Assembly (NCBI GenBank): GCA_024234595.1
Contig: JACKNZ010000010.1
Coordinates: 98,692 to 122,691, forward strand
Direction of reading: 5' to 3'
From: Moraxellaceae bacterium
GTDB lineage: Bacteria; Pseudomonadota; Gammaproteobacteria; Pseudomonadales; Moraxellaceae
DNA length: 24,000 nt
Below, piece after piece: positions 16,598 to 24,000 of the stretch; the first letter of the stretch is position 1; every line of letters begins with the position of its first letter. Position numbers and translations under genes: made by a program. Below the pieces are notes generated by a model that worked only from the letters and a program-made list of their open reading frames with translations, was not told where the DNA came from and made no database searches.

Positions 16598-19201
16598 TTA
16601 TCTTGCTATCTTTGCTTTGAGCTGTTGATAAACACCGTAACCGTTTTCGTCTTTTTTAACAGCCATTAAAAATAAAGTTTTGCCATTACTGGCGGCTTCC
16701 CATTTACGGCCAATGGCATTTTTTTCTTTACTGTCATCATTCGTCACCAACTGGTCGCCTTTATATTCCACAACTAATAAACGCCCATCATTGAGCATTG
16801 CTACAAAATCAGGATAAAACTTGCCTGTTGCTGTGGGCAGCCAAAACGCATTTTTAGGGTCACTTTCCAAGTTTCTTACCCAGTAGGCCAGTTTATTTTC
16901 TGCATGCAATCGTTCAAAGCTCTTAGCACAGTCAATCTCTTCGTTATTCATATCCGCAATAACAGCAAAATAATGCTTAGGAAACTTTAAGCCGCCGCGA
17001 TAAAAGGCTTTAGGCGAATAATTGACCCTACTAAAATCAATACTAAAGTTAAATGATGTTTCGACCATCGGATTATCTAGCAGTAAGGTCTGAAAGCCTG
17101 TTGTTGCTGCCTTTTGACGATAAGCACTGATTTTTTCGAGTAGCACTTTTTGCAAAATGAATTTTGCGCGTACCAATAAATCTAAGCTAAAGCCACGTTG
17201 TTGTTGAAGGTGGGTAATCATACGCTGTACAAACGTAAGCATGGTGATGGGTTGCACGTCTATTTGATGTACACGCCTATCTAACCATTCAACTAATTCA
17301 AGCTCTGTCCAATCTTGCTGATAAGCTAAAGATAGCTGCGCTTGTGCGGTCAATAATTGCCAGACAATTTGCTCATTTTCTATATCAAAGGCAAAGGTTT
17401 TGCTGTTTTCATCAAAACTAAATTCGGGCAAGGTGGTGGGATAGTCTAATAAGTTCCAGCCTTGTAATTCTAATATGGTGTCTTTTACTGCAAGCTCTAA
17501 TTCACCTTGCTCCAATAGGCACAACATTGGCACACTAAACGGTAAGCCTTGCTCTTGAGGTGATTTTTGCTTTTCTAGTTGCTTTTTATATTCGGTAATG
17601 ACCGCGACCGCGTATGTTTGTTCTTTTTTGGGCAAGGCGGCAATCAATTTTTGTTCTAAGGCTAAAGGCAAGTCAGATTTGACAGTGATTTTTATTTGAC
17701 CGTCCGCTAAAGGCTGAATGTCAATGGCTTCAAGTTCCTGCTTAGTCAATTCATAGATGCTTGGTGCTTCACTGACAGTAAACGCCAGTTGTGGCTTTGG
17801 CTTAAAAAGTGGTAAGTCATCAGTATTTTCTAATAAGGGCTGTTGTACATTAACATATTGGTCGGCTTCTTCTTTCTCAAAGCCCATTGTTGTTAGCATT
17901 TCTTTTAATTGTATCGCTCCTTGATAAAAGTCAGGGCTACAAACATGAGCATAGGCTTTATTCAAGTCATCTTGCGCTTGTTTGGTGGCAAAGGGCATAC
18001 GCAATACCCGACCAAGTAACTGCTCAATGTCTTTACTAGAGCGTATATTGGCTACCGAACAAAACACATAAGCATACGAGCAATCCCAGCCTTCTTTAAG
18101 TGCTTGAACAGTAATAATAATTTCTATTTTGCAATCTGGGGAAAATAAATCAACGTTTTCTAGCTCACGCTGATTGCCTGTAGCAATGGCAATGGTGTTA
18201 GGGTCTATTTGTTCATTATTGATTAAATGCTGTTTGAGGGCATCAACATTCACCGCTTTGTCAGCATTTTCGGCTTGAATAAGCAACAAAGGACGAATAG
18301 GTGATGCGCTTTGTTGGGTAATTTGTGCTAAGCGTTTTCGATTGGCCACCGCGTCTCTAACGGCGGCTTCCCATGTGCTATGTTCTGTGAGCAAAATGGG
18401 CAGTTTAATCATTTCTTCGTCTTTTAACTCGCCTGCGGATACACGATACAAGACATTGCTACCTGTTTTTTTGTCATTATCTGGTGTGGCGGTAAACTCA
18501 ATAATACAAGCTGGCGATAGCCGTTGTAACACTTCAAAAGTGAGCTTGGTTCGGGCGTTGTGGGCTTCGTCTAGTAATACTAAAGGTCGATGTAGATGCA
18601 AAACATTGGCAAAAGAGTATTTGAGCTTGCCATTTTCTAAACATTCCAAGCCTGTGTTGGTAGTCACCTGATTAAAATGAGTTTCTAAGGCTTCTTTGTG
18701 ATTGTAAACGTCACGGCCTTCGGTTTTGTCAACTCTAAACGTTTGTAGTGTACCAATGACAATACATACATTTTGGCTAATATCTTGCGGTTGTATTTCT
18801 TCTAATTGCGTTACATCAAACACGCGGACTTTGCCATTAAATTTATCGTCTAGAGCTTGGCGATACGGGTGTCTTGGATTGCGTAAAGCATTATAGGTTT
18901 GAGTGCGAATGGTATTGCTAGGCACAAGCCAAAGCACAAGGGGATATTCTTGCTCAAGGTAATTTTCAGCGGCGATGTTAATACTATGTGCCGCTAAAAT
19001 CGTTTTACCACCACCTGTGGGTAAACGTAAGCACACATAAGGAATTTTATCTAAGCCTTGAATGTGTCGATATAACGGAATTGCCCCTGTGCTTTTGCCA
19101 ACACATTGAATAAAAGCGGTTTGTGGGTCGGTAATACGCGCTCTTTGCAAATAGGTTTTTAGGGCATTGAGGGCGTTATCTTGATATCTTTTGAGTTTCA
19201 T
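16598..19201 (-). CDS. res: Type III restriction enzyme Res subunit (SF2 helicase plus C-terminal PD-(D/E)xK nuclease)
   Basis: Motif I LPTGGGKT, motif II LLDEAHN, TATP, QALKEGWDC, QLLGRVLRMP. C-terminal YPDFVAML...VVEYKG nuclease motif. Starts 1 nt after the mod stop. Confidence 0.88.
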   Translation of the reverse strand: MKLKRYQDNALNALKTYLQRARITDPQTAFIQCVGKSTGAIPLYRHIQGLDKIPYVCLRLPTGGGKTILAAHSINIAAENYLEQEYPLVLWLVPSNTIRTQTYNALRNPRHPYRQALDDKFNGKVRVFDVTQLEEIQPQDISQNVCIVIGTLQTFRVDKTEGRDVYNHKEALETHFNQVTTNTGLECLENGKLKYSFANVLHLHRPLVLLDEAHNARTKLTFEVLQRLSPACIIEFTATPDNDKKTGSNVLYRVSAGELKDEEMIKLPILLTEHSTWEAAVRDAVANRKRLAQITQQSASPIRPLLLIQAENADKAVNVDALKQHLINNEQIDPNTIAIATGNQRELENVDLFSPDCKIEIIITVQALKEGWDCSYAYVFCSVANIRSSKDIEQLLGRVLRMPFATKQAQDDLNKAYAHVCSPDFYQGAIQLKEMLTTMGFEKEEADQYVNVQQPLLENTDDLPLFKPKPQLAFTVSEAPSIYELTKQELEAIDIQPLADGQIKITVKSDLPLALEQKLIAALPKKEQTYAVAVITEYKKQLEKQKSPQEQGLPFSVPMLCLLEQGELELAVKDTILELQGWNLLDYPTTLPEFSFDENSKTFAFDIENEQIVWQLLTAQAQLSLAYQQDWTELELVEWLDRRVHQIDVQPITMLTFVQRMITHLQQQRGFSLDLLVRAKFILQKVLLEKISAYRQKAATTGFQTLLLDNPMVETSFNFSIDFSRVNYSPKAFYRGGLKFPKHYFAVIADMNNEEIDCAKSFERLHAENKLAYWVRNLESDPKNAFWLPTATGKFYPDFVAMLNDGRLLVVEYKGDQLVTNDDSKEKNAIGRKWEAASNGKTLFLMAVKKDENGYGVYQQLKAKIAR

Positions 19202-19202
19202 A

Positions 19203-20840
19203 TTAACGCGCCTTAATGTCGTAAGGAGTTTGCTTAAAGGTGATTTGTTTTAGGTCTAATGTTTCTTGGCCAACACGGGTACTTTCGCCGTAAATCACTT
19301 TTTGGCCGTCATGAGGCGGTAAATCTCGCAAGACTTGACGCGTTAAAACATTGCCCATGTTAGGGCGTTTGTCGCCTAAGATGCCGTTATATAACAGGTA
19401 ATAAGCAGTGTTGTTGTGTATGCCTAATAAGGGGCTGCTTAACCCCCTCCCTGCCTCCCCCTTGTCAAGGGGAGGAGAAAAAGGTGTTTTGGTTTCGCTA
19501 AACCATACATGGGCGGCCAAGTCTGCAAAATGTATGTTGGGGTTTATTTGGCCTTGCGTGTCAAAAATAGGCGCACCTAGCGTATAAAACTTAACACCGC
19601 CACCACCTTGCCAATTAACGGCTTGGCTGATGCCGCCTTGCTCACCTTCAATGACTTTTTTAAGACGTGGTAGGCAATGGCTTAAAGCATGGTCGCCCAT
19701 TTCTATGCCAATGTAACGGCGATTCATTTTATGAGCTACAGCGGCGGTTGTGCCACTGCCTAAAAAGCTGTCTAGGACTAAATCGCCTTCGTTGGTAGCG
19801 ATATGTAAAATACGTTGGATAAGGCGTTCGGGCTTTGGGGTATCAAAAGCATCACTTCCACCAAATAATACATTTATTTCTTTTTTTGCTTCTTGATTAT
19901 GTCCAACTTCATTATTCATCCACCATGTCCATGCATTTTGTCCTTGAATATCGACCAAATAGGTTTTTTTTCTTGGAACGCCTGCTCCGTCTTTACCAAA
20001 CCAAATTCTTCCCGCTTGAATTTCTTCCTCCATCCTTTCTTGAGTAAACCTCCAGCATAAATTACTTGGTAGCTCTATCTCTCGACCTTTTGGTGTTGTT
20101 AGTTTATAAAACTGAGATGCGGTAGCATGGCCAGCCTGAGCCGTACAATCTGTTGAAGCCCAAGCTCCTCGTGGGTCATTATCAGGATTCTTAAAGTCTT
20201 TTCTGCGAGACTCACTAATATCAAGCTGGTTGAATGATTGATAGCCAGAAGATGACTTCCCATACACAATAATATGCTCGTGAGCAGCTCCTAGCCGTAA
20301 TCTATTATCAGGAGAAGTTCGTTTCTGCCAAACCACATTCGCCACAAAATTCCGCCGACCAAATACCTCATCCATCAATACTTTTAAATAATGACCTTCG
20401 TTATCGTCAATACTCACCCAAATACTACCGTCCTCCGCCAACAACTCACGCAACAACACCAAACGCGGATACATCGTACTTAACCACTTGCTATGCTCCA
20501 CATTATCATCGTAATGCTCAAACGCACTTTTAGTATTGTAAGGAGGGTCAATATAAATACACTTTACTTGCCCTGCATAATAGGGCAACAGACTTTTTAG
20601 TGCGTCTAAGTTGTCGCCTTGTATTAGCATATTGGACGTATTAGCATCACCCACACTCAAACTAGGGTCGGCTTGCAACACACGATAGGGAACTTTTGGC
20701 GCGTTTTGTAAATCGTCTTCCCGACTTAACCAGTGCAAAATAGGCATAGTGTTATCATTTATAAGATATTGAATAAGTGGCGAATTATGCCACTTGTAAA
20801 AAATATAGCTAGTCTCGTCAGGCGCATTATAATGCGCCAT
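19203..20840 (-). CDS. mod: Type III R-M Mod subunit (beta-class N6-adenine DNA methyltransferase)
   Basis: Motif IV IYIDPPYN precedes motif I VLDSFLGSGTTAAVA, which is the beta-class order, with a variable region between them. Met32 (MPILHWLSRE..., ATG at 20747) is an alternative start, and this is where the usual N-terminal conservation begins. Confidence 0.88.
   Translation of the reverse strand: MAHYNAPDETSYIFYKWHNSPLIQYLINDNTMPILHWLSREDDLQNAPKVPYRVLQADPSLSVGDANTSNMLIQGDNLDALKSLLPYYAGQVKCIYIDPPYNTKSAFEHYDDNVEHSKWLSTMYPRLVLLRELLAEDGSIWVSIDDNEGHYLKVLMDEVFGRRNFVANVVWQKRTSPDNRLRLGAAHEHIIVYGKSSSGYQSFNQLDISESRRKDFKNPDNDPRGAWASTDCTAQAGHATASQFYKLTTPKGREIELPSNLCWRFTQERMEEEIQAGRIWFGKDGAGVPRKKTYLVDIQGQNAWTWWMNNEVGHNQEAKKEINVLFGGSDAFDTPKPERLIQRILHIATNEGDLVLDSFLGSGTTAAVAHKMNRRYIGIEMGDHALSHCLPRLKKVIEGEQGGISQAVNWQGGGGVKFYTLGAPIFDTQGQINPNIHFADLAAHVWFSETKTPFSPPLDKGEAGRGLSSPLLGIHNNTAYYLLYNGILGDKRPNMGNVLTRQVLRDLPPHDGQKVIYGESTRVGQETLDLKQITFKQTPYDIKAR
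19454..19475. repeat. GC-rich mini-hairpin repeat embedded in frame in mod
   Basis: CCTCCCCCTTgtcAAGGGGAGG. Translated on the coding strand as SPPLDKGEAGRGLSSP. Its composition contrasts with the AT-rich surroundings. Confidence 0.6.
20821..20838. promoter_or_regulatory. Perfect 18-bp palindrome GGCGCATTATAATGCGCC with a TATAAT core
   Basis: Self-complementary over all 18 nt. TATAAT can be read on both strands. It occupies codons 1-7 of the long mod ORF (overlapping the ATG at 20838-20840 by one nucleotide), or lies 74-91 nt upstream of the alternative start at 20747. Confidence 0.45.
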
Positions 20841-20880
20841 TTTAAGCCATAAACATGAATATTTGTCTAACGTACATAAT

Positions 20881-20908
20881 GGTGCATTACGCTATCGCTA
20901 ATGCTACC
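20881..20908. promoter_or_regulatory. Second inverted repeat sharing the GCATTA/TAATGC arms
   Basis: GGTGCATTA-cgctatcgc-TAATGCTACC has 9 paired bases with a 1-nt bulge. It has the same core arms as the 18-bp palindrome 43 nt away. Confidence 0.35.
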
Positions 20909-20918
20909 CTACGACTGA

Positions 20919-20968
20919 CTTCGACTCCGCTCAGTCAACGCAAAAATGCGCCCTGAGCGCAGTCGAAG
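20919..20968. repeat. REP-like long hairpin immediately 3' of prlC
   Basis: CTTCGACTCCGCTCAG (20919-20934) pairs with CTGAGCGCAGTCGAAG (20953-20968), 15 of 16 positions. The 18-nt loop contains a further AATGCGCC copy. No U-tract follows. Confidence 0.6.
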
Positions 20969-20970
20969 GG

Positions 20971-23001
20971 TTAAGCCTTTTCCAAACCACTATGACGCAA
21001 TAAGGCATCAATGTTTGGCTCGCGTCCTCTAAATGCCACAAACAAGTCTAATGCAGGTTGACTGCCGCCTTTGGCCAACACATTTTGTCTAAACGATAAG
21101 CCTGTTTCGCGGTTAAAAATGCCTTCTTGTTCAAAGCGTGAAAAGGCATCGCTCGACAACACTTCGGCCCATTTATAGCTGTAATAACCTGCGGCATAAC
21201 CACCTGCAAAAATATGGCTAAAACTATGCTGAAAACGATTAAAGGCAGGAGGAGGCATCACGCTCACCTCATTACGTACCGCATTTAATGTCTCTTGAAT
21301 ACCTTGTGCGGTTAAAGGTGCTTGGCTATGAATACGCAAATCAAACAGAGCAAACTCTAATTGGCGTAAGGTTTGTAAACCTGATTGAAAGTTTTTTGCC
21401 GCTAACAAATTGTCTAATAATGCTTTAGGCAAGGCCTCGCCTGTCTCAATATGTTGAGTCATTAAGGCAAGGGCTTGTTCTTCCCAACACCAATGCTCCA
21501 TAAATTGACTGGGTAACTCCACCGCATCCCACGCCACCCCATGAATCCCACCCACCGCCGTAACATCGACTTCGGTCAGCATATGATGTAAACCATGACC
21601 AAACTCATGGAACAAGGTAATCACTTCATCATGGGTTAATAAAGCAGGTTTGTCGCCAACAGGGGGATTAAAGTTACAGGTTAAAAAGGCAATGGGCAGT
21701 TGTGTTGCGCGGCGTGATTGGCAATTGCTCATCCATGCACCACCGCGTTTATTGGCGCGGGCATAAGGGTCTAAATAAAATGAGGCAATGGTTTTGCCTT
21801 GTTCACTGATGGTGTAATAGGTAACATCTTCTGCCCAAACATCAACTTGTTGAGCGCGAATGTCTACGCCATACAAACGTTCAGCAATTTTAAATAAACC
21901 ATCAATCACCATCGGCGCAGGGAAATACGCTCTTAATACTTCTTGCGACAAATTGTGTTTTTGCTGTTTGAGTTTTTCCGAGACATAACTGGTGTCCCAC
22001 GGTTGCAAATCATTGATTCCCAACGTTGCAGCAAATTCGCGTAATTCGGCTAAGTCTTGTTGTGCCGCTGGTTTGGCGCGTTGCGCCAACTCTTGTAAAA
22101 ACTGCATGACCACATCAACCGAAGAAGCCATTTTTGGCACTAAAGACAATTGTGCGTAGTTGTCATAACCTAATAATTGCGCTTGCTCATAACGCAAACT
22201 TAAAATTTCGGCCATGAATGCGGAGTTATCAAATTTGCCATCGGCACTTAATTCGGAAGCGCGAGTCACATAAGCGGTATAAACTTCTTGGCGCAAAGCA
22301 CGGTCATTGGCGTAAGTCATTACTGCTAAATATGCAGGAATATCCAAGGTTGCCACATGACCTGTTAAACCACGTTGTTGGGCTAATTGTGCCAGTAAAC
22401 CTTGATGCGCTTCGGGTAAGCCTTGTAATTCAGTGTCGGTTAAGGGTTTATGCCATGCTTGTGTCGCATCTAATAAATTATCGGCAAACTTAGCACTCAA
22501 GGCTGATAAACGTTCTTCGATTTCGGCAAAACGTTGTTTTTTGTCATCAGCTAAGGCCACACCACTGAGTTTAAAATCGCGTAGGGCGTTTTTAATGGTT
22601 TGTTGTTGGGCGGTGCTGAGTTGTTCAAAGTCGGCACTGTCGGCTAATTGTTGGTAGCTTTGATAGAGTTTGCTGTTTTGGCCAATTTCGGTGTAATAGG
22701 CAGAAATTTTAGCTAAACACTGATTATAGGCATCACGCCAAGCAGGGCTGTTGGTAACAGCATTTAAATGACTGACTAACGACCATGCTTTGCTGAGTGT
22801 GTCATCTAGTTCTTCTAATTGAGCAGGTAATGATTGCCATGTGGGTTGCTGTTGGTCAGCAATAGCCGCAATTTTTTCACGGTTATGGCTTAATAGTTGT
22901 TCGATGGTTGGAACAACAAGCTCAGGGGTGATTTGGGAAAAAGCAGGGAGTTGTTGTTGGGTGAGTAGAGGATTAGTCATGCGGATGTCCAAGTTATTCA
23001 T
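20971..23001 (-). CDS. prlC: Oligopeptidase A (M3 family zinc metallopeptidase)
   Basis: 676 aa. HEFGHGLHH zinc motif with the surrounding M3 blocks (GGAWM, YSYKWAEVLS). Confidence 0.92.
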   Translation of the reverse strand: MNNLDIRMTNPLLTQQQLPAFSQITPELVVPTIEQLLSHNREKIAAIADQQQPTWQSLPAQLEELDDTLSKAWSLVSHLNAVTNSPAWRDAYNQCLAKISAYYTEIGQNSKLYQSYQQLADSADFEQLSTAQQQTIKNALRDFKLSGVALADDKKQRFAEIEERLSALSAKFADNLLDATQAWHKPLTDTELQGLPEAHQGLLAQLAQQRGLTGHVATLDIPAYLAVMTYANDRALRQEVYTAYVTRASELSADGKFDNSAFMAEILSLRYEQAQLLGYDNYAQLSLVPKMASSVDVVMQFLQELAQRAKPAAQQDLAELREFAATLGINDLQPWDTSYVSEKLKQQKHNLSQEVLRAYFPAPMVIDGLFKIAERLYGVDIRAQQVDVWAEDVTYYTISEQGKTIASFYLDPYARANKRGGAWMSNCQSRRATQLPIAFLTCNFNPPVGDKPALLTHDEVITLFHEFGHGLHHMLTEVDVTAVGGIHGVAWDAVELPSQFMEHWCWEEQALALMTQHIETGEALPKALLDNLLAAKNFQSGLQTLRQLEFALFDLRIHSQAPLTAQGIQETLNAVRNEVSVMPPPAFNRFQHSFSHIFAGGYAAGYYSYKWAEVLSSDAFSRFEQEGIFNRETGLSFRQNVLAKGGSQPALDLFVAFRGREPNIDALLRHSGLEKA

Positions 23002-23090
23002 AAAATTACATACATTTTAAAGCGAGTTTTTAGTTTTTAGGCTATTTGTTAGTTTGAATTATGTTAGAGAATTTGTAACGGTCTTGTTTT

Positions 23091-23250
23091 GTAGCGTGTG
23101 GTTGAGGAACGAAACCCACGATTAATGGGAGTTTTTAAATAGGGCTTTTCTTTGTTTATGTTGATGGAATTAAACCGACAAAACCTGTCTTCGAGATTTG
23201 TTTAAGGTGATTTTTGCAAATGATGAGTTTTGTTCCTCAACCCATTCTAC
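23091..23250. repeat. Expanded imperfect palindromic element A
   Basis: Left arm GTAGCGTGTGGTTGAGGAACGAAACCCAC (23091-23119). Right arm at 23223-23250 is its imperfect reverse complement (17 of the first 20 positions). About 100 nt of unrelated sequence lies between the arms. Confidence 0.65.
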
Positions 23251-23253
23251 ACA

Positions 23254-23676
23254 CTAAGGTATAGAACTTAAAGGTACAACCGTATAACCAGCCTGAGTTA
23301 ATTCATCAGCCCAATGTTCTAAAGTTATACGATAAATTTCTTTGAAGAAAAGTCTATAATCTTGTATTTTCCAGCCAGATGGAAAATATAAACAACCGTC
23401 ATCATCAGGCTCTAGCAGTGCCTCAAAATTATAACTCTCACATTGCAAAGCATCTGCAAGTGCTTTAACTACAATGGCCTTATGTGCTGTTGTATAAATG
23501 CGATTTTTAACTTCAAAAAAGTATTTATTAAATAAGGGTACCATTTGTTCAAAATTATTTGGGTCGAATTGACACAAATAATCTTCCCATTCTTCTCGGT
23601 CATATACCTGAAAGGGTGCTAAGGCACAAGCTGGACTTGCCGAAAAGTCAACCGTACTATTAGGGTACTTCAACAT
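23254..23676 (-). CDS. Hypothetical acidic protein, about 140 aa, no family recognised
   Basis: Uninterrupted ORF. I prefer the start at MLKYPNSTV (ATG 23676), because the track extension MGFVPQPHATRF is the translation of repeat element B. About 22 Asp/Glu against about 11 Lys/Arg by hand count. Confidence 0.5.
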   Translation of the reverse strand: MLKYPNSTVDFSASPACALAPFQVYDREEWEDYLCQFDPNNFEQMVPLFNKYFFEVKNRIYTTAHKAIVVKALADALQCESYNFEALLEPDDDGCLYFPSGWKIQDYRLFFKEIYRITLEHWADELTQAGYTVVPLSSIP

Positions 23677-23686
23677 AGTAAATCTC

Positions 23687-23756
23687 GTAGCGTGTGGTTG
23701 AGGAACGAAACCCACAACAATTCAATCGTGGATTTCCTTTGCCAAGCCATTCTACA
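23687..23756. repeat. Compact imperfect palindromic element B
   Basis: The left arm (23687-23715) is identical over 29 nt to the element A left arm. A 12-nt loop follows, then a degenerate right arm GTGGATTTCCTTTGCCAAGCCATTCTAC. It overlaps the last codons of the Dyp gene. Confidence 0.65.
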
Positions 23757-24000
23757 ACACTGCTAACTGTACTCGGCCATCCTTCACAGGCGGACACCAA
23801 AAATAAGCCCCTGTGATTGGCCGTGTAAACTGAAATAGGGCATCTTGAATGCCATCTTCAAGGCCAACCATACGCCGTAATTGTGCCGCAAATGCTTGAC
23901 TTGAATGACCAAAAGCGACAAACATCAAACCTCCGTCCACGCCTGACGACCACGGCATAGAACGACGCAATACAAAGGCTTCTGGGCTAAAACTTTCTTG
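23752..24000 (-). CDS. Dyp-type peroxidase, C-terminal part (gene continues beyond the window)
   Basis: The C-terminal block LRRSMPW...GGLMFVAFGHS...RMVG...DALFQFTRPITGAYFWCPP is typical of the Dyp/YfeX/EfeB family. The frame stays open to position 24000. Confidence 0.75.
   Translation of the reverse strand, partial: QESFSPEAFVLRRSMPWSSGVDGGLMFVAFGHSSQAFAAQLRRMVGLEDGIQDALFQFTRPITGAYFWCPPVKDGRVQLAVL

Noticed and set aside
19964-19971. An A8 homopolymer (coding strand) in the variable region of mod, plus an A7 at 19881-19887, might be a phase-variation switch.
   Set aside because: Tracts of equal length occur in unrelated genes here: A8 at 15466-15473 and a T8 run near 15597-15604, both in the GGDEF-EAL gene, and a T7 run at 16719-16725 on the + strand (A7 on the res coding strand). 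The tract reflects AT-rich composition. No tetranucleotide or long simple-sequence repeat is present in mod or res.
23091-23715. The two identical 29-nt repeats might be a CRISPR array.
   Set aside because: There are only two copies, 596 bp apart. The interval is a full protein-coding gene, each repeat is an arm of a larger palindrome, and no cas genes are present.
23677-23715. The N-terminal extension MGFVPQPHATRF of the 153-aa ORF.
   Set aside because: It is the translation of the 29-nt repeat arm, a typical repeat-derived pseudo-peptide. An in-frame ATG at 23676 follows the repeat.
23091-23756. The palindromic elements might be integron attC sites, making the orphan gene an integron cassette.
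   Set aside because: The arms read GTTGAGG ... CCTCAAC. A GTTRRR-like box comes first and a YYYAAC-like box last on either strand, the reverse of attC (R'' RYYYAAC ... R' GTTRRRY). The boxes also miss the consensus at one position. No intI or attI lies in the window. A cassette-like organisation is still noted in the findings.

Overview
This looks like a chromosomal segment from a moderately AT-rich gammaproteobacterium. The family is not determinable here. The small GC-rich palindromic repeats resemble those I associate with Thiotrichales-type genomes, but that is a weak guess. The backbone is housekeeping: LysM/TsaP-like gene, dprA, tsaC, hemF and aroE on the + strand. From memory, this order matches Pseudomonas PA0020-PA0025. 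Further along are two acyl-CoA dehydrogenases, a SAM methyltransferase, a PAS-GAF-GGDEF-EAL signalling protein, yheV, prlC and the 3' end of a Dyp-type peroxidase gene. Four accessory insertions interrupt this backbone. (1) A vapBC toxin-antitoxin pair lies between dprA and tsaC. (2) Three tandem paralogous genes for secreted START/SRPBCC-like proteins lie between aroE and the acyl-CoA dehydrogenase genes. (3) An apparently intact IS200/IS605 element with divergent tnpA (Y1/HUH) and tnpB (RuvC plus zinc finger) has recognisable left-end and right-end hairpins. (4) A Type III restriction-modification operon (mod-res) lies between prlC and yheV. Three kinds of short palindromic repeat occur. One is inserted in frame inside mod, one follows the prlC stop, and one brackets an acidic orphan gene with two identical 29-nt arms. 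I see no CRISPR array, tRNA or rRNA. I also see no unambiguous new multi-gene system. The most unusual candidates are the secreted START triplet with a conserved C-terminal tail, the repeat-bracketed orphan gene, and the palindrome-rich 5' region of mod. All domain calls come from motif recognition by eye, not from searches.
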